Translations under genes and position numbers: made by a program | Notes under the pieces: generated by a model | What the model was told of the DNA's origin: nothing | The model's input: the letters and a program-made list of their open reading frames with translations, nothing else | The model's database searches: none | Shown here: piece by piece, positions 1 through 10,057 of the stretch | Numbering within the stretch: position 1 is the first letter of the stretch | How the letters are laid out: each line of letters begins with the position of its first letter | Source of the DNA: a virus | Virus record (IMG/VR): IMGVR_UViG_3300032117_000009 | Location: 32,001 to 96,000 of that record | Direction: 5' to 3' (one strand) | Length of the DNA: 64,000 nt

Positions 1-435
1 CAATATTTGTCCTGGGGATATTGTTAAGCCGATTAACTGGTCTGCAGCAATACTCTGATAAAAAGCAGAAGAACTGTTTGCCATATCATTCATAAGAATT
101 AAATTGGTTAAAGTGTCCCAAATTCTATCTCTTTCTTCTGAAGACATAGCGAGTATTTCTAAATCAAAAGCACCTTCAAAATAACCATGGCGAACAGATT
201 GCCAAGTCCCATCACTATTTTGAGTTTCTATGTTTGGACTTAAACCAGTATATTGTGTTCTTGTAGGACGAAATTGTACGTATACAGCTGGCCATTCAAT
301 CTCTTGAACAGGATATTCAATAGTAACTGATCTTGGAGATAAATCAATTGTACTATTACTAGATGCTTGGCCAATAGCTGCAAACCCAGCTTGTATGGCT
401 TCAATTAAAGCAATTTTTGCAGCAGTGATAAACAT
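1..435 (-). CDS. Tail completion/terminator-like virion protein (partial, runs off left edge)
   Basis: Hand-translated ORF MFITAAKIALIEAIQAGF...IEYPVQEIEWPAVYVQF...YFEGAFDLEILAMSSEERDRIWD. Its ATG overlaps the TAA of 435..935 (TAATG). Absent from the ORF track because it is truncated. Function inferred from context. Confidence 0.5.
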   Translation of the reverse strand, partial: MFITAAKIALIEAIQAGFAAIGQASSNSTIDLSPRSVTIEYPVQEIEWPAVYVQFRPTRTQYTGLSPNIETQNSDGTWQSVRHGYFEGAFDLEILAMSSEERDRIWDTLTNLILMNDMANSSSAFYQSIAADQLIGLTISPGQIL

Positions 436-935
436 TATTGTCCTAAAATTAGATCTATAACTTCTTCGGCATTTGTCAATTCCAACATTGCTATGATTTG
501 ATTAGAGTCAAGTTGATTTATCCACTCTTCTGCTGCTTGCTCTAAACCATTTTCAATATAATGTAAAGCTTTAAGGCCAGGGTGCCTCCACATTATTTTT
601 GATGTGACTATTCTTCCACCTGCATCACGAGAAGTTATTTTTCTTTTTCCTACATTTTCTGCAGTAGCTTTACGAAAAATTATTTGACCGTTTGGTAAAC
701 GAATTGGTATTGTTTTGCCAATAAGTTCATATTGTATATGAGGCTTTGTTCCAACCTCTTGGTAATACATATATATTACGTCTTCAGGAACTACAATACC
801 GATAGAACCTTCTTCGTTGGTAGAAAGAAGCGCAGCAGCTCCTTTACCAGTTTTTTTTGGTGCGTTTTGTTTTGCTATTTCTAAAGCACGTTTAGATATT
901 CCATACGTAATATCTTTTGGTACAGGGAATAACAT
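435..935 (-). CDS. HK97 gp10-like tail completion protein
   Basis: Motifs AKQNAPKKTG and YMYYQEVGTKPH are typical of the gp10-like family; tail-gene context. Confidence 0.6.
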   Translation of the reverse strand: MLFPVPKDITYGISKRALEIAKQNAPKKTGKGAAALLSTNEEGSIGIVVPEDVIYMYYQEVGTKPHIQYELIGKTIPIRLPNGQIIFRKATAENVGKRKITSRDAGGRIVTSKIMWRHPGLKALHYIENGLEQAAEEWINQLDSNQIIAMLELTNAEEVIDLILGQ

Positions 936-1630
936 TAGGCGTAAGGAACATAAGTTAATGGGTGGTCAGGCCATACATTTTCAAGCGTACATGTCTGAGA
1001 TATAATGTGGATTGGTTCATTAGAAATTGTTGGACCAGTTCTTATTGAATGAGGTATTACGTTTGATACTTGAAATCTTTCTGTTGATAGAACTGGGATA
1101 TCCCCATTCCATTGTGAAACCCGAATTACAAGATCACCTTGTCTAATTATTGGTGTAAAAGACAATTGAATTTGTGGGTTTTCTTTCCAAAATTGACCTG
1201 TGGAAAGTTTTTGACGAACCTGGGGTGAATCAGATGCAAGCATATAAAGATGATAAGCAACAGGTTTAAAGCCACCTGTAAAAGTAGTGCCATAGCAAGT
1301 TGGGCAATACGAATTACCAGATTGACGGTATACTTTAGATGCTCTTACTTGAACAGATTGAGTAGGATCAGTTGGATTAGGGCTATCTTGACAATCTATA
1401 CAATAAGTAACAAGACCCTGAGCAGCATCCTCTGCACGCCATAATAATCTAACTACGCACTTTTCTCCATACCATTGGAGAGCTTCTTCATGCCACTGTT
1501 GTTGGTTAGAATCAGCCCACAATTCTTCTTGTTTTATGACAAGTAATGGATCTACTTCATTATACGGCAAAGTTTGATAAGGTGTTGCTGCTGAAGTATA
1601 TCCATTACCGCTTACACCTATATCAGACAT
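935..1630 (-). CDS. Head-tail joining/neck protein with Zn-finger insert
   Basis: CIDC...CPTCYGTTFTGG motif, position next to the gp10-like gene, TAATG coupling. Confidence 0.45.
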   Translation of the reverse strand: MSDIGVSGNGYTSAATPYQTLPYNEVDPLLVIKQEELWADSNQQQWHEEALQWYGEKCVVRLLWRAEDAAQGLVTYCIDCQDSPNPTDPTQSVQVRASKVYRQSGNSYCPTCYGTTFTGGFKPVAYHLYMLASDSPQVRQKLSTGQFWKENPQIQLSFTPIIRQGDLVIRVSQWNGDIPVLSTERFQVSNVIPHSIRTGPTISNEPIHIISQTCTLENVWPDHPLTYVPYA

Positions 1631-1697
1631 TTATATCTTTTCTGTATTAAACAAATTCTTTCTTAACTTAAGTGATTGCAATAAAAAAATACAATAC

Positions 1698-2963
1698 TTA
1701 GCTCCAATTCAGTTCCCCTGGGATTCTTGGTCCATTTTTTATTGCTACGAGATTAGCTAATACATGAATTATATTGTGAGTTTTATTAAAATCTGATATA
1801 AATATATTTTCTAATCTAGAAATTTGAAATTTACAAGTTAATTCAGGAACGAATTTAGAAAATTGTTCGTTGGTGTAATACCAAAAAGAATTGCTATTAT
1901 AATAAGAAATATGGGTTGGGTCTTGAAATGCCCCTCTACCATCAGTACTTGGAGTAAGCGTTAATAACATTCCCCCATGAGCTAAAACCCTATAAAATTC
2001 ATTGAATATTTTTATTTTTTCTGGAAGATGCTCTAGGAAATCAAAAGCTCTAATTACACCAACACTATTATCTTCTAATTTAGATAATATTTCATATACA
2101 TCGCCAATTAAATCAGCATTATATAAGTCTATACCAATAAAACCCTCAGGTTTACTGTGAGCAGCGCCAAGATCTAAAGCAAGCAAATCATTTTTTTCTG
2201 CCCAAGCTTTTGCATTTCCTTCTATATATTTATCATAAAATATAATAGTTTCTTTTTGAATGCGAGAATTAATTTCAGGTTTTGATTGAGTATTTCCTGG
2301 ATGAATTCTTTGTAAATATAAGCATTCGTCAATATAATAAAATTTCCCATATTGATAAAGTCTGCAAATTAAATCTAAATCGTCTAATATTTCAAGCTCT
2401 GCATTGTAACCACCAACGGCAAAATAAGCTTCTTTTTTTATTGCACGAACATGATTTGGGGCAAACCAAATATATGACATAGATGAGGCAAACATATTCA
2501 TACTATGACAACGTTTTATTTTTAAACCATTTACAATTTCTTCTGAATATTCCCAACCAAATTGAAAAGCAAATTCATCATTATTTGGTGTGCCATTTTC
2601 ATTTATTTGAGCAAAATCAGAATAAACAAATACTGCATCTGGGTTTTGAATAAATTTTATTACTATTGATTGCAAAGCATTGTGCGAAAGAATATCATCA
2701 TGATCTAGCTCAACAAGTATTTCTCCCTGAGCAATATCACAACAAATTTTTTTTGCCTCACCAATACCTTTAATTTTATCAATTTTATGTATTTTAACCC
2801 TGGGGTCTTCAGGAGCTACCCAATCAGGAGAATTATTGTTAAGTAAAATAATCCATTCCCAATTTGTAAAAGTTTGTTTTCTCAAACTTTCGTAAGCATC
2901 ATTTAAAAACTTTGGTTCGTGAGAAGGAGTAAATACAGAAACTTTATTCATGCATGTTTGCAT
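1698..2963 (-). CDS. GT2 glycosyltransferase fused to a SAM-dependent methyltransferase-like domain
   Basis: N-terminal VSVFTPSH...GEILVELDHDD (DxD)...LDDLDLICRL; C-terminal LDLGAAHSKPEGFIGID...FLEHL...EFYRVLAHGG. Confidence 0.8.
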   Translation of the reverse strand: MQTCMNKVSVFTPSHEPKFLNDAYESLRKQTFTNWEWIILLNNNSPDWVAPEDPRVKIHKIDKIKGIGEAKKICCDIAQGEILVELDHDDILSHNALQSIVIKFIQNPDAVFVYSDFAQINENGTPNNDEFAFQFGWEYSEEIVNGLKIKRCHSMNMFASSMSYIWFAPNHVRAIKKEAYFAVGGYNAELEILDDLDLICRLYQYGKFYYIDECLYLQRIHPGNTQSKPEINSRIQKETIIFYDKYIEGNAKAWAEKNDLLALDLGAAHSKPEGFIGIDLYNADLIGDVYEILSKLEDNSVGVIRAFDFLEHLPEKIKIFNEFYRVLAHGGMLLTLTPSTDGRGAFQDPTHISYYNSNSFWYYTNEQFSKFVPELTCKFQISRLENIFISDFNKTHNIIHVLANLVAIKNGPRIPGELNWS

Positions 2964-4262
2964 TTAATAAGGCGCTCCCCAATTCCTTGGTGCCCAAATT
3001 GTTTTATCCCAGGGAAATAAAGATAAATCAAATGGGGAAATAGAACCTCTGCTTTCGAGGTTATTCAAATTTTGATACATATTATAAACATCACCTTGCG
3101 CTGACCATGGATCAACGCCAAAAAATTCTTTTTCAGCAAAACCAGGTTCTGCATTAAAAGCATGAACAAATAAGTTTTTATCTGTTCCCACCATACCATA
3201 AGTTTGGATAGCTTTCAAAATCACTCTTAGAAAAGGTGGGTAAGGGCCAGATGGAGTTAAATCAAGATCACTTGGTAAAGTTGCCCATTGACCTTCCATT
3301 GGTATTTCATCAGAAACTGGCATTGCTGCACCATCACAGCTTAAAGCAGGCCAACATGGTCCTGTTGTTTGATAACGGGTTCCATCTGGGTGGATTGCCT
3401 CTCCAACACTGCTATTGGTAGCACAATTAGAAAATGTAAAAGCAACTGCATGATTTATCTGTTGGTTACGAGCTTCAGATATACCTATAAAACCAAGATG
3501 GTTATGCATCCAAACTGCTGCATCATATCCATACATAAATTGCAATGGATAATTGATATCTGTCCATCCATCTAAACCAATTGGAGCAATCGAAAACCCA
3601 GCCTGAGTTGCAGACCAGGTATTTGTCCCTGTGGACGCTACTTTGTAATACTCTCTAAGAATGCCCGTACCAACGTCAAAAATAGCGGTAGCAGAATCCT
3701 GGCCAGATTGTACGGCGTATTTAGGCGTCAACCATTCTGGCCAAGGAATCATACCATTCAATATTGATTGTGCATAATTGTTTCCTGCTAATGGGTCAAT
3801 ATTGCCAAGATTAGGATTGATTACTGCACTCCCAGAAATTGTCATTTGTTGAAAACTAGCGTTTGGCATTGTAGAGTCTACAACATAACAAGCAATTGGA
3901 CGAGTTCCAGACACAGAAGTGTTAAACGATGTTGGACCAAATCCGCTTCCAGCATTAATATGAGCTTGCATCCAAGCAGCTTGGTTTGCAGAATTACTAT
4001 GTACTGGCATATTAGATACTGAACGAGTTAAAACTGAATTTTGTGCAATATAAGGGTCAAAAGCAGATTGACGAGTCCAAGTAGGATCTGGCAAATTTTG
4101 ATTTGACCATGTTGTTCCATCATATGTTTTTGGAGAAACAGGTTTCCATATATTAGCATTGCTATCATAAATTCTAAACATTGTTCTAGGAACAAGGCCA
4201 ACAGGATTGCCAATCCAATTTTCACTTGCTCTCAAATTTAACAATGTGCTCATGCAGACCAA
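2964..4262 (-). CDS. Virion-associated protein of unknown function (possible tail enzyme); probable start 4253
   Basis: Long ORF in the tail operon with a globular, aromatic-rich composition; ATGA overlap with the upstream gene at 4250-4253. Confidence 0.4.
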   Translation of the reverse strand: MVCMSTLLNLRASENWIGNPVGLVPRTMFRIYDSNANIWKPVSPKTYDGTTWSNQNLPDPTWTRQSAFDPYIAQNSVLTRSVSNMPVHSNSANQAAWMQAHINAGSGFGPTSFNTSVSGTRPIACYVVDSTMPNASFQQMTISGSAVINPNLGNIDPLAGNNYAQSILNGMIPWPEWLTPKYAVQSGQDSATAIFDVGTGILREYYKVASTGTNTWSATQAGFSIAPIGLDGWTDINYPLQFMYGYDAAVWMHNHLGFIGISEARNQQINHAVAFTFSNCATNSSVGEAIHPDGTRYQTTGPCWPALSCDGAAMPVSDEIPMEGQWATLPSDLDLTPSGPYPPFLRVILKAIQTYGMVGTDKNLFVHAFNAEPGFAEKEFFGVDPWSAQGDVYNMYQNLNNLESRGSISPFDLSLFPWDKTIWAPRNWGAPY

Positions 4263-4696
4263 ATTTCATAAACAAATGCTCCAAATGCATCATTGCCGGA
4301 TGCATCGTTTGGCCCCCCATATTTAATGCCAGTAGAGGTAACAGCTGTTTGTACTGCATAAGCTGCATCAAGCGTATGTGATCCAGCAGTTAAACCAGTT
4401 ATTGTAAAAACAGTTTCAACAGCAACCATTGTAGAAGCTGATGGCGCAGTAACCTGGCCCATTGGCACCCCACGACCTCGTACAGTTGATCCTTCAAGAA
4501 TACCAAGAAGAATTGTTGGAACTGATGTTGATCCATGAAGAACTGTTTTTAAACGCACCATTATATTACCTGATGATGGCACAATAACGCCAAGACGTAA
4601 GTTTGTAGTATCAAGAGCTGTCATTGCTATTGTGCTAGATGTACTTTTGATTACAGCTGTTGAAGGATCATAATTTGTACATGAAAGAAGCGACAT
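4250..4696 (-). CDS. Small beta-rich tail/fibre-associated protein
   Basis: Thr/Ser/Val-rich, coupled to neighbours in the tail operon. Confidence 0.45.
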   Translation of the reverse strand: MSLLSCTNYDPSTAVIKSTSSTIAMTALDTTNLRLGVIVPSSGNIMVRLKTVLHGSTSVPTILLGILEGSTVRGRGVPMGQVTAPSASTMVAVETVFTITGLTAGSHTLDAAYAVQTAVTSTGIKYGGPNDASGNDAFGAFVYEIWSA

Positions 4697-6633
4697 TATC
4701 CTCCTAACTTAGTTATAATAACATTATCTATAAATTGAGCACCTGGGACAACTGCTTGACCAGTTGCCGATGTTCCATAATTCGCATTTGCTGTTGCTGT
4801 GTTGACAGGAATTGATAAAGAACCAACTGAAATACTTGATCTGGTAACAAATGTTTGTGTTGAAGAACCTTGCGAAACAACAACGCTAGAACCAGAAGGT
4901 ATTGTTGATGAAGATGAATTTGCTGTTACGGAAAGGGAAGTTACGCTTGCTCCACTTGCAATTGCTGTGCTAAGCGTTCCCATTGAAATAGATCCATTTA
5001 TTACTACTGTAGGCACAGCATAATTAGCATTAGCTGTAGTTACATTTACAGGTATTGTCAATGTTCCTTGTGGAACGTTGGTAGCAACTGTAAAAGTTTG
5101 AGTAGAAGATCCTTGTTGAATTGTAATAGTTGAATTAGCTAAAATACCACCTGCATAAGTGTTTTGAGCAACATTTACATTTGTAACAGAATCTCCTGAT
5201 GAAAAACCAGATGTAATCGTTCCAAAGCTTTGAGAATAATCATGCGTCATGTTTACACCAAAACGTGTTTCTGAAAAACTTAAAGTAGTTGGGAATTTAT
5301 AAACTCCAGCGTTAGAAAGATCATAAACAAGATTTACCCCGTTTGGCTGATAAATAGTAATTGTTGTCCCAACTAATGTAACGGTATATGTTCCAAGGGG
5401 TGGTACGATATTAAGTCCAAATTGAAGATCAATGCTTCCACCCGATACATTGCCTGTTGATATACGAAAACGGTTATACCCATATTGCAATAAAACACCA
5501 CTAAAATTAGATCCATCACTTGCACCAGTAGCTGAGGTAAAACGACGACCAATATTTATTATTAAAGGATCTTGGGTGCTTGGGTTTGTTGGCAAATTTA
5601 ATAAAGTAAACTGCGCTTCTATGTTTTTAGCATTTAAGAATCTAAGAGCAACTTTATTATCTCCTGTAGTATAAGGAGCATAATCCATTGTTTGGTTAAC
5701 AGAAGTAATTTGAAAACTTCCAACACTATTAGCAGAAGTCAAATGCGTTACATCAGTCCCACCCAGGTCGTAAAGCCATTGTTGTGGAGTTCCACCGTTA
5801 GCAACATCTGTATATCTTGCTACTAAAGTATTGACTGCTGCTCCTGTAAAATTATCTGAAGTTATAGTAGATGTAGCAGATGGGTTTGGAAAATCATGAA
5901 CAAAAACTTGTGATGGTGATGATAATATATAACCAGATTGTGCAACAGGTGTTAAAACTACTTCTATTGGAAAAGTACCTATCGCACTATATGTTGCTCC
6001 TTGTGTAAGCGTTTGTCCAGCTCCACCACCACCTGAAGTCCATACATAATCAAGACCAACAATTCCAGAAGGAACGGTAAATTGAGAATTATAATCATTC
6101 CATGTTGGGACTAATGGTTGCACTGGTACAGGTGTTAAAACGCTTGAAGTATCAATCCATACAACTGGTAATGATTGATAAGTAGCTGAACTTGGAGCTT
6201 GTGGGCCATATGTTATAAAAACGTTTGTTGGCACAGAGCCTTGTGGCCCTTGATATCCTTGTGGTCCTTGAATACCAATATTTCCTTGATATCCTTGCGG
6301 TCCTTGTGCCCCTGGTCCATTATTAAGTATTAAAGCATCACTAGTTGCTTGCCAATAATTAACATCTTGCCAATAAACCCTTATATAAAAAAGTGATGCT
6401 TCTGTGCAAGGAATTTGCCAAGCTCCATGAGAACCATATTGAGTACCACTTGTTACAGGGCCAAAATCAGCAGGTAAGCCATCATTTGGTATAGGATCTC
6501 CAAGTTCAGGTGGTGTAGAAAATCTAGAGCTATTCCATAAATCTACTTGTGCGCCATCAATCGGTCCAGTATTGCTTTCTACCAAACCGCTAATTACTAT
6601 AGAAGAAGAAGAGCCTAAAGTAATTTTTAGCAT
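4696..6633 (-). CDS. Tail fibre-like protein with collagen-like segment
   Basis: G-X-Y run GAQGPQGYQGNIGIQGPQGYQGPQG, followed by Thr/Ser-rich beta domains with an internal duplication. Confidence 0.6.
   Translation of the reverse strand: MLKITLGSSSSIVISGLVESNTGPIDGAQVDLWNSSRFSTPPELGDPIPNDGLPADFGPVTSGTQYGSHGAWQIPCTEASLFYIRVYWQDVNYWQATSDALILNNGPGAQGPQGYQGNIGIQGPQGYQGPQGSVPTNVFITYGPQAPSSATYQSLPVVWIDTSSVLTPVPVQPLVPTWNDYNSQFTVPSGIVGLDYVWTSGGGGAGQTLTQGATYSAIGTFPIEVVLTPVAQSGYILSSPSQVFVHDFPNPSATSTITSDNFTGAAVNTLVARYTDVANGGTPQQWLYDLGGTDVTHLTSANSVGSFQITSVNQTMDYAPYTTGDNKVALRFLNAKNIEAQFTLLNLPTNPSTQDPLIINIGRRFTSATGASDGSNFSGVLLQYGYNRFRISTGNVSGGSIDLQFGLNIVPPLGTYTVTLVGTTITIYQPNGVNLVYDLSNAGVYKFPTTLSFSETRFGVNMTHDYSQSFGTITSGFSSGDSVTNVNVAQNTYAGGILANSTITIQQGSSTQTFTVATNVPQGTLTIPVNVTTANANYAVPTVVINGSISMGTLSTAIASGASVTSLSVTANSSSSTIPSGSSVVVSQGSSTQTFVTRSSISVGSLSIPVNTATANANYGTSATGQAVVPGAQFIDNVIITKLGG
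6238..6318 (-). repeat. Collagen-like Gly-X-Y repeat (8 triplets)
   Basis: Visible in translation and as ccttg/ggtcc periodicity in the DNA. Confidence 0.9.
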
Positions 6634-7499
6634 TAAATGCCACCTGCATTTGCTGCTGCGTACATAAAGTGAGGCCGAGCAGGGTTAATAAACATTCTTG
6701 GAATAAGACCACCAGCGACAAGCATAGAACGCTTAGAACCAACCATGTACGCCCTTTTCATTTGACGAAGTTGTTTATCAGCAATTTCTTTTTCAATTTT
6801 ATAAAATTCCATCCAACGGTCATAGTAATCTCTACGATTTAACCAAGCAGCATTCATGCCTTCTGGCGTTGGCTGTTCAATATATTGTCTTGCTACATGT
6901 TTGATAAAATGGGCATATGTTTGAGAAGTCAAAACACCGACCCAATTACCTGGCCATGAAGCATTTGCTGTAATACCAATTTCGTAAGCTGGCTGGAAAA
7001 CTGGTTGAAACTCATAGTTACAATAATCAATTGCTTCTGTTGACATTATAAATGAAACTTGCTCGTATGCATTAAAATTTGATTGTTTCATATTTTGTAG
7101 ATATGGACCACCTTGATCAGAATCAAAAGATGCATCAATTCTTTGAAAAATATTTACTGCAAGCTGTCTTTCATCATAAGTTAAACCTGACCAAAATGGC
7201 ATTTGTTCTGTTACTTCGTATTGATCAGTTGCAGTTCTTGGTGATCCACCTATTGAATAAGACCAGGTAACAAGGTAATTACCCATAATAGATGATTGTT
7301 GGGAATTAAGTGTATATTGATATTTACCAACGTCTTCTTTTGTTGCAACTGTACCAGCAGGAACAACAATAGTATTGCTATCAGTGTTTGTTACTTGTAA
7401 TGTTACTTCATCATTATCAGGATCTGCCAAGGCTCCATTTTGATAAATCATAAGGCCAACAGGCTCTGCAGCAAATTGTGGTACAGGTCTAACTCGCAT
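6633..7499 (-). CDS. Neck/head-tail adaptor-like protein with N-terminal Ig-like domain
   Basis: N-terminal beta domain (GKYQYTL...GNYLVTWSY) and helical C-terminus (RRDYYDRWMEFYKIEKE); structural context. Confidence 0.4.
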   Translation of the reverse strand: MRVRPVPQFAAEPVGLMIYQNGALADPDNDEVTLQVTNTDSNTIVVPAGTVATKEDVGKYQYTLNSQQSSIMGNYLVTWSYSIGGSPRTATDQYEVTEQMPFWSGLTYDERQLAVNIFQRIDASFDSDQGGPYLQNMKQSNFNAYEQVSFIMSTEAIDYCNYEFQPVFQPAYEIGITANASWPGNWVGVLTSQTYAHFIKHVARQYIEQPTPEGMNAAWLNRRDYYDRWMEFYKIEKEIADKQLRQMKRAYMVGSKRSMLVAGGLIPRMFINPARPHFMYAAANAGGI

Positions 7500-7529
7500 T
7501 TTTACCTATATTCTTTCTAACTTTAAAAA

Positions 7530-8339
7530 TTAAAGCTGTTCAGAATTCCAATTGGTTTGTCCAATTGCTTGATAAAAATGCTTTAAACCATTGCTAGCGC
7601 CACGTACATAAACGTGAGTATACTTAGAAGTAACTTCTACAACAGGCGTAGCGTTTGCAAGTAAACCAGTTGGTTGAAAAGAATCTTCTCCCCAAGCCTG
7701 TGTTGCTGAAAGAGGGCCATCTACACCCTGATATTTATGGTGAAAAGTACCTGTGTTGTCTACCCACATTACATGAGTCATTCCATTTTCCTGGTAAACA
7801 GCTGAAGCCATTTCTTCATCTCCTGAAGTAGTCGGCGTAGGTGCCGGTGGTTGATTTGTTTGAGCTAAAATTGTTGGTATTTGATTAAGTATTGGCTGTC
7901 CTGGGCATGCTAAATGATTTCCACCAGCAACCCCTAATTCACCATGACCAATCCAACCAGAACCATTTGGGTCAGTAGTACGAACAAGAGGTATGTTGCT
8001 TGTAGTATTTAACCATTCATAAAGAGCAACATCAGCAGCAATTTGAGCAGTTGTTAATGAGTCGCCAGAATTGCCTTCGTGCTCAATAGAAATTGCAACA
8101 CCATTATAATTAGCTTCTGCCCAAGCTGTCATAGAAGTATCTACATATTGATGCACTGTTCCATCTTTGCCAACCCCAAAATGAGCAGAAACTTGAGCAG
8201 CTGGATTTTGAAACCAATTATCTGTACCAGCTAATGTTCCAGACATAATATGCATTACACCAAGTCTAACTTGACCAATTGGGCCACCTACATTAGGTAC
8301 ATTATCCCCAAGCCATACAGCTCCTGGGTATCTTGCCAT
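7530..8339 (-). CDS. Endolysin, N-acetylmuramoyl-L-alanine amidase (Amidase_2)
   Basis: Zn-amidase motifs VMH, SAHFGVGKDGTVHQYVD, SIEHEG, IGH...NHLACPG; Pro/Thr linker then a putative cell-wall-binding domain. Confidence 0.9.
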   Translation of the reverse strand: MARYPGAVWLGDNVPNVGGPIGQVRLGVMHIMSGTLAGTDNWFQNPAAQVSAHFGVGKDGTVHQYVDTSMTAWAEANYNGVAISIEHEGNSGDSLTTAQIAADVALYEWLNTTSNIPLVRTTDPNGSGWIGHGELGVAGGNHLACPGQPILNQIPTILAQTNQPPAPTPTTSGDEEMASAVYQENGMTHVMWVDNTGTFHHKYQGVDGPLSATQAWGEDSFQPTGLLANATPVVEVTSKYTHVYVRGASNGLKHFYQAIGQTNWNSEQL

Positions 8340-8394
8340 GTTATCTCCCTAAGAATCTTCTATAACTAATATTGAAAAGAACAATGAAATACAT

Positions 8395-10053
8395 CTAGGT
8401 TCCATTTGCAACACCAGCATCTGGAGGATCAAGATTTTCATCTAATGAATAATCAAAATCTGTACTAGTAGGCTCAACAAATTCTTCAGTTTCATTAGCT
8501 TCTGCAAAATCAGTTGGATCTAATTTCTCTGGCAAAGACCAATCATTTGTTATTAATTGTTGTGTATGACTAAACATATCTTGTATTTTTAAGAAAATAT
8601 TTTTGGTAATGTTACGTACATAGTTCAATCTAGAATTTACTTTGATTAAAATTATTTTAATTCTTTGTTTACTATTTGTTATTGAAACTATTGTTGATAT
8701 ATCTATAATAATAGCTTTAAATTTAGAAGCATTAACCATTGTACTTTCTAAAATATTAATTCGTTTTGTTATAGTAGATTTTCTAATTAAATTGTATGTA
8801 TTTGCTGATGCAGATATTATTGATGAAATAAAACTTTTTGCTGTTGGGTTTGATTTTGCTTCAATTGATTGTTTAACGTTACCTGAAACATTTGAATTAG
8901 AAGATTGTTGAGTAGTAAAACCTAATAATGAAGAAATTGATCCTACAACATTAAAAATTATATTGCTTATTGTTATATTATTATCAATTTTAGAAGATAA
9001 TAAAGAGCCATTTAAAGTTGCGTTAGTTTGTGTATTTGTATTTTTTGTTTCTTCATTTGTTGATAAATTTGATGTTATGTTACTAGAACTAATATAATTT
9101 CCAATTATATTTCCAATTATATTTATTGGTTGTCCAACTAAAGCTTGAACACCAGATTCTGCATTATTTACGCTAGAAATAGTTTCTAATATAGTAGCTC
9201 CGGTAACGCTTTCTGTAGTAGTATTGCCTGAGCTTGAATGGCTAGTTGTTAAGCTTGATGTTGTTATAACAATACCAGCACTAGATTCATTTGTATCTGT
9301 ATCAGTTACAGATTCAGATATTGAACCTAAAATAGAAATAGTAGAAGGTAAATAAGATATTTCTATGTAATTTGATGTATAGCTAGAAGAACTCCATGTC
9401 CACTTAGTAATAGCACCAATTCCATCTGTCCCAGATGTTCCAGGCAAATAATAAGCAGCGTTTGCCATTGACGTACCATTTAAAGGACCTGTCCACACAG
9501 ATGGCGTTAAGTTTGACCCAGATCCCCAAGTTGTGCTAGTGGTAGACCCAGCTACCGCAGCTGCTATCAATATTAAACTTGAAGTTTTTGCAGCTGGGGA
9601 AGAGAATCCAGGTGTTGTTAATGGGCTTGATACTCCGTAACCATTAATAACTTGGTCTAGAGGGTTTGAAGAAATACCTTTAAAATGATAAATATATGCA
9701 TATCTATAATTGGCACTTGTTGAAATGCCATTATTATCTGTAAGGTTAAATTGAACTGAGTTGCTGCCACCACCTGCTGAAATACTATTTGTTACATAAG
9801 TTCTCATTATAGCTAAGCCTGGAGCTGCAATAGAAAATACATATGCATCTCTTACCCATGTATTACCAGAAGTATCTGAAGCAGTTTGACAAATTGCTGT
9901 AGAACCACCATTTCTAACAACAGCAATTAATGTATCACCTAAACTTATTTGGGACGCATTGCTATAAGTAGCAGTTATCTGCGTACCAGTACTACTAGGA
10001 GTACCTGATCCAGCAACTTGAACATATGAAATGGGGGTATAAGCGCCCGCCAT
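8395..10053 (-). CDS. Ser/Thr-rich virion (fibre/tail) protein
   Basis: N-terminal GDTLIAVV...SDTSGNTW beta domain, long S/T/N/I-rich region, acidic C-terminus. Confidence 0.45.
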   Translation of the reverse strand: MAGAYTPISYVQVAGSGTPSSTGTQITATYSNASQISLGDTLIAVVRNGGSTAICQTASDTSGNTWVRDAYVFSIAAPGLAIMRTYVTNSISAGGGSNSVQFNLTDNNGISTSANYRYAYIYHFKGISSNPLDQVINGYGVSSPLTTPGFSSPAAKTSSLILIAAAVAGSTTSTTWGSGSNLTPSVWTGPLNGTSMANAAYYLPGTSGTDGIGAITKWTWSSSSYTSNYIEISYLPSTISILGSISESVTDTDTNESSAGIVITTSSLTTSHSSSGNTTTESVTGATILETISSVNNAESGVQALVGQPINIIGNIIGNYISSSNITSNLSTNEETKNTNTQTNATLNGSLLSSKIDNNITISNIIFNVVGSISSLLGFTTQQSSNSNVSGNVKQSIEAKSNPTAKSFISSIISASANTYNLIRKSTITKRINILESTMVNASKFKAIIIDISTIVSITNSKQRIKIILIKVNSRLNYVRNITKNIFLKIQDMFSHTQQLITNDWSLPEKLDPTDFAEANETEEFVEPTSTDFDYSLDENLDPPDAGVANGT

Positions 10054-10057
10054 ATTA

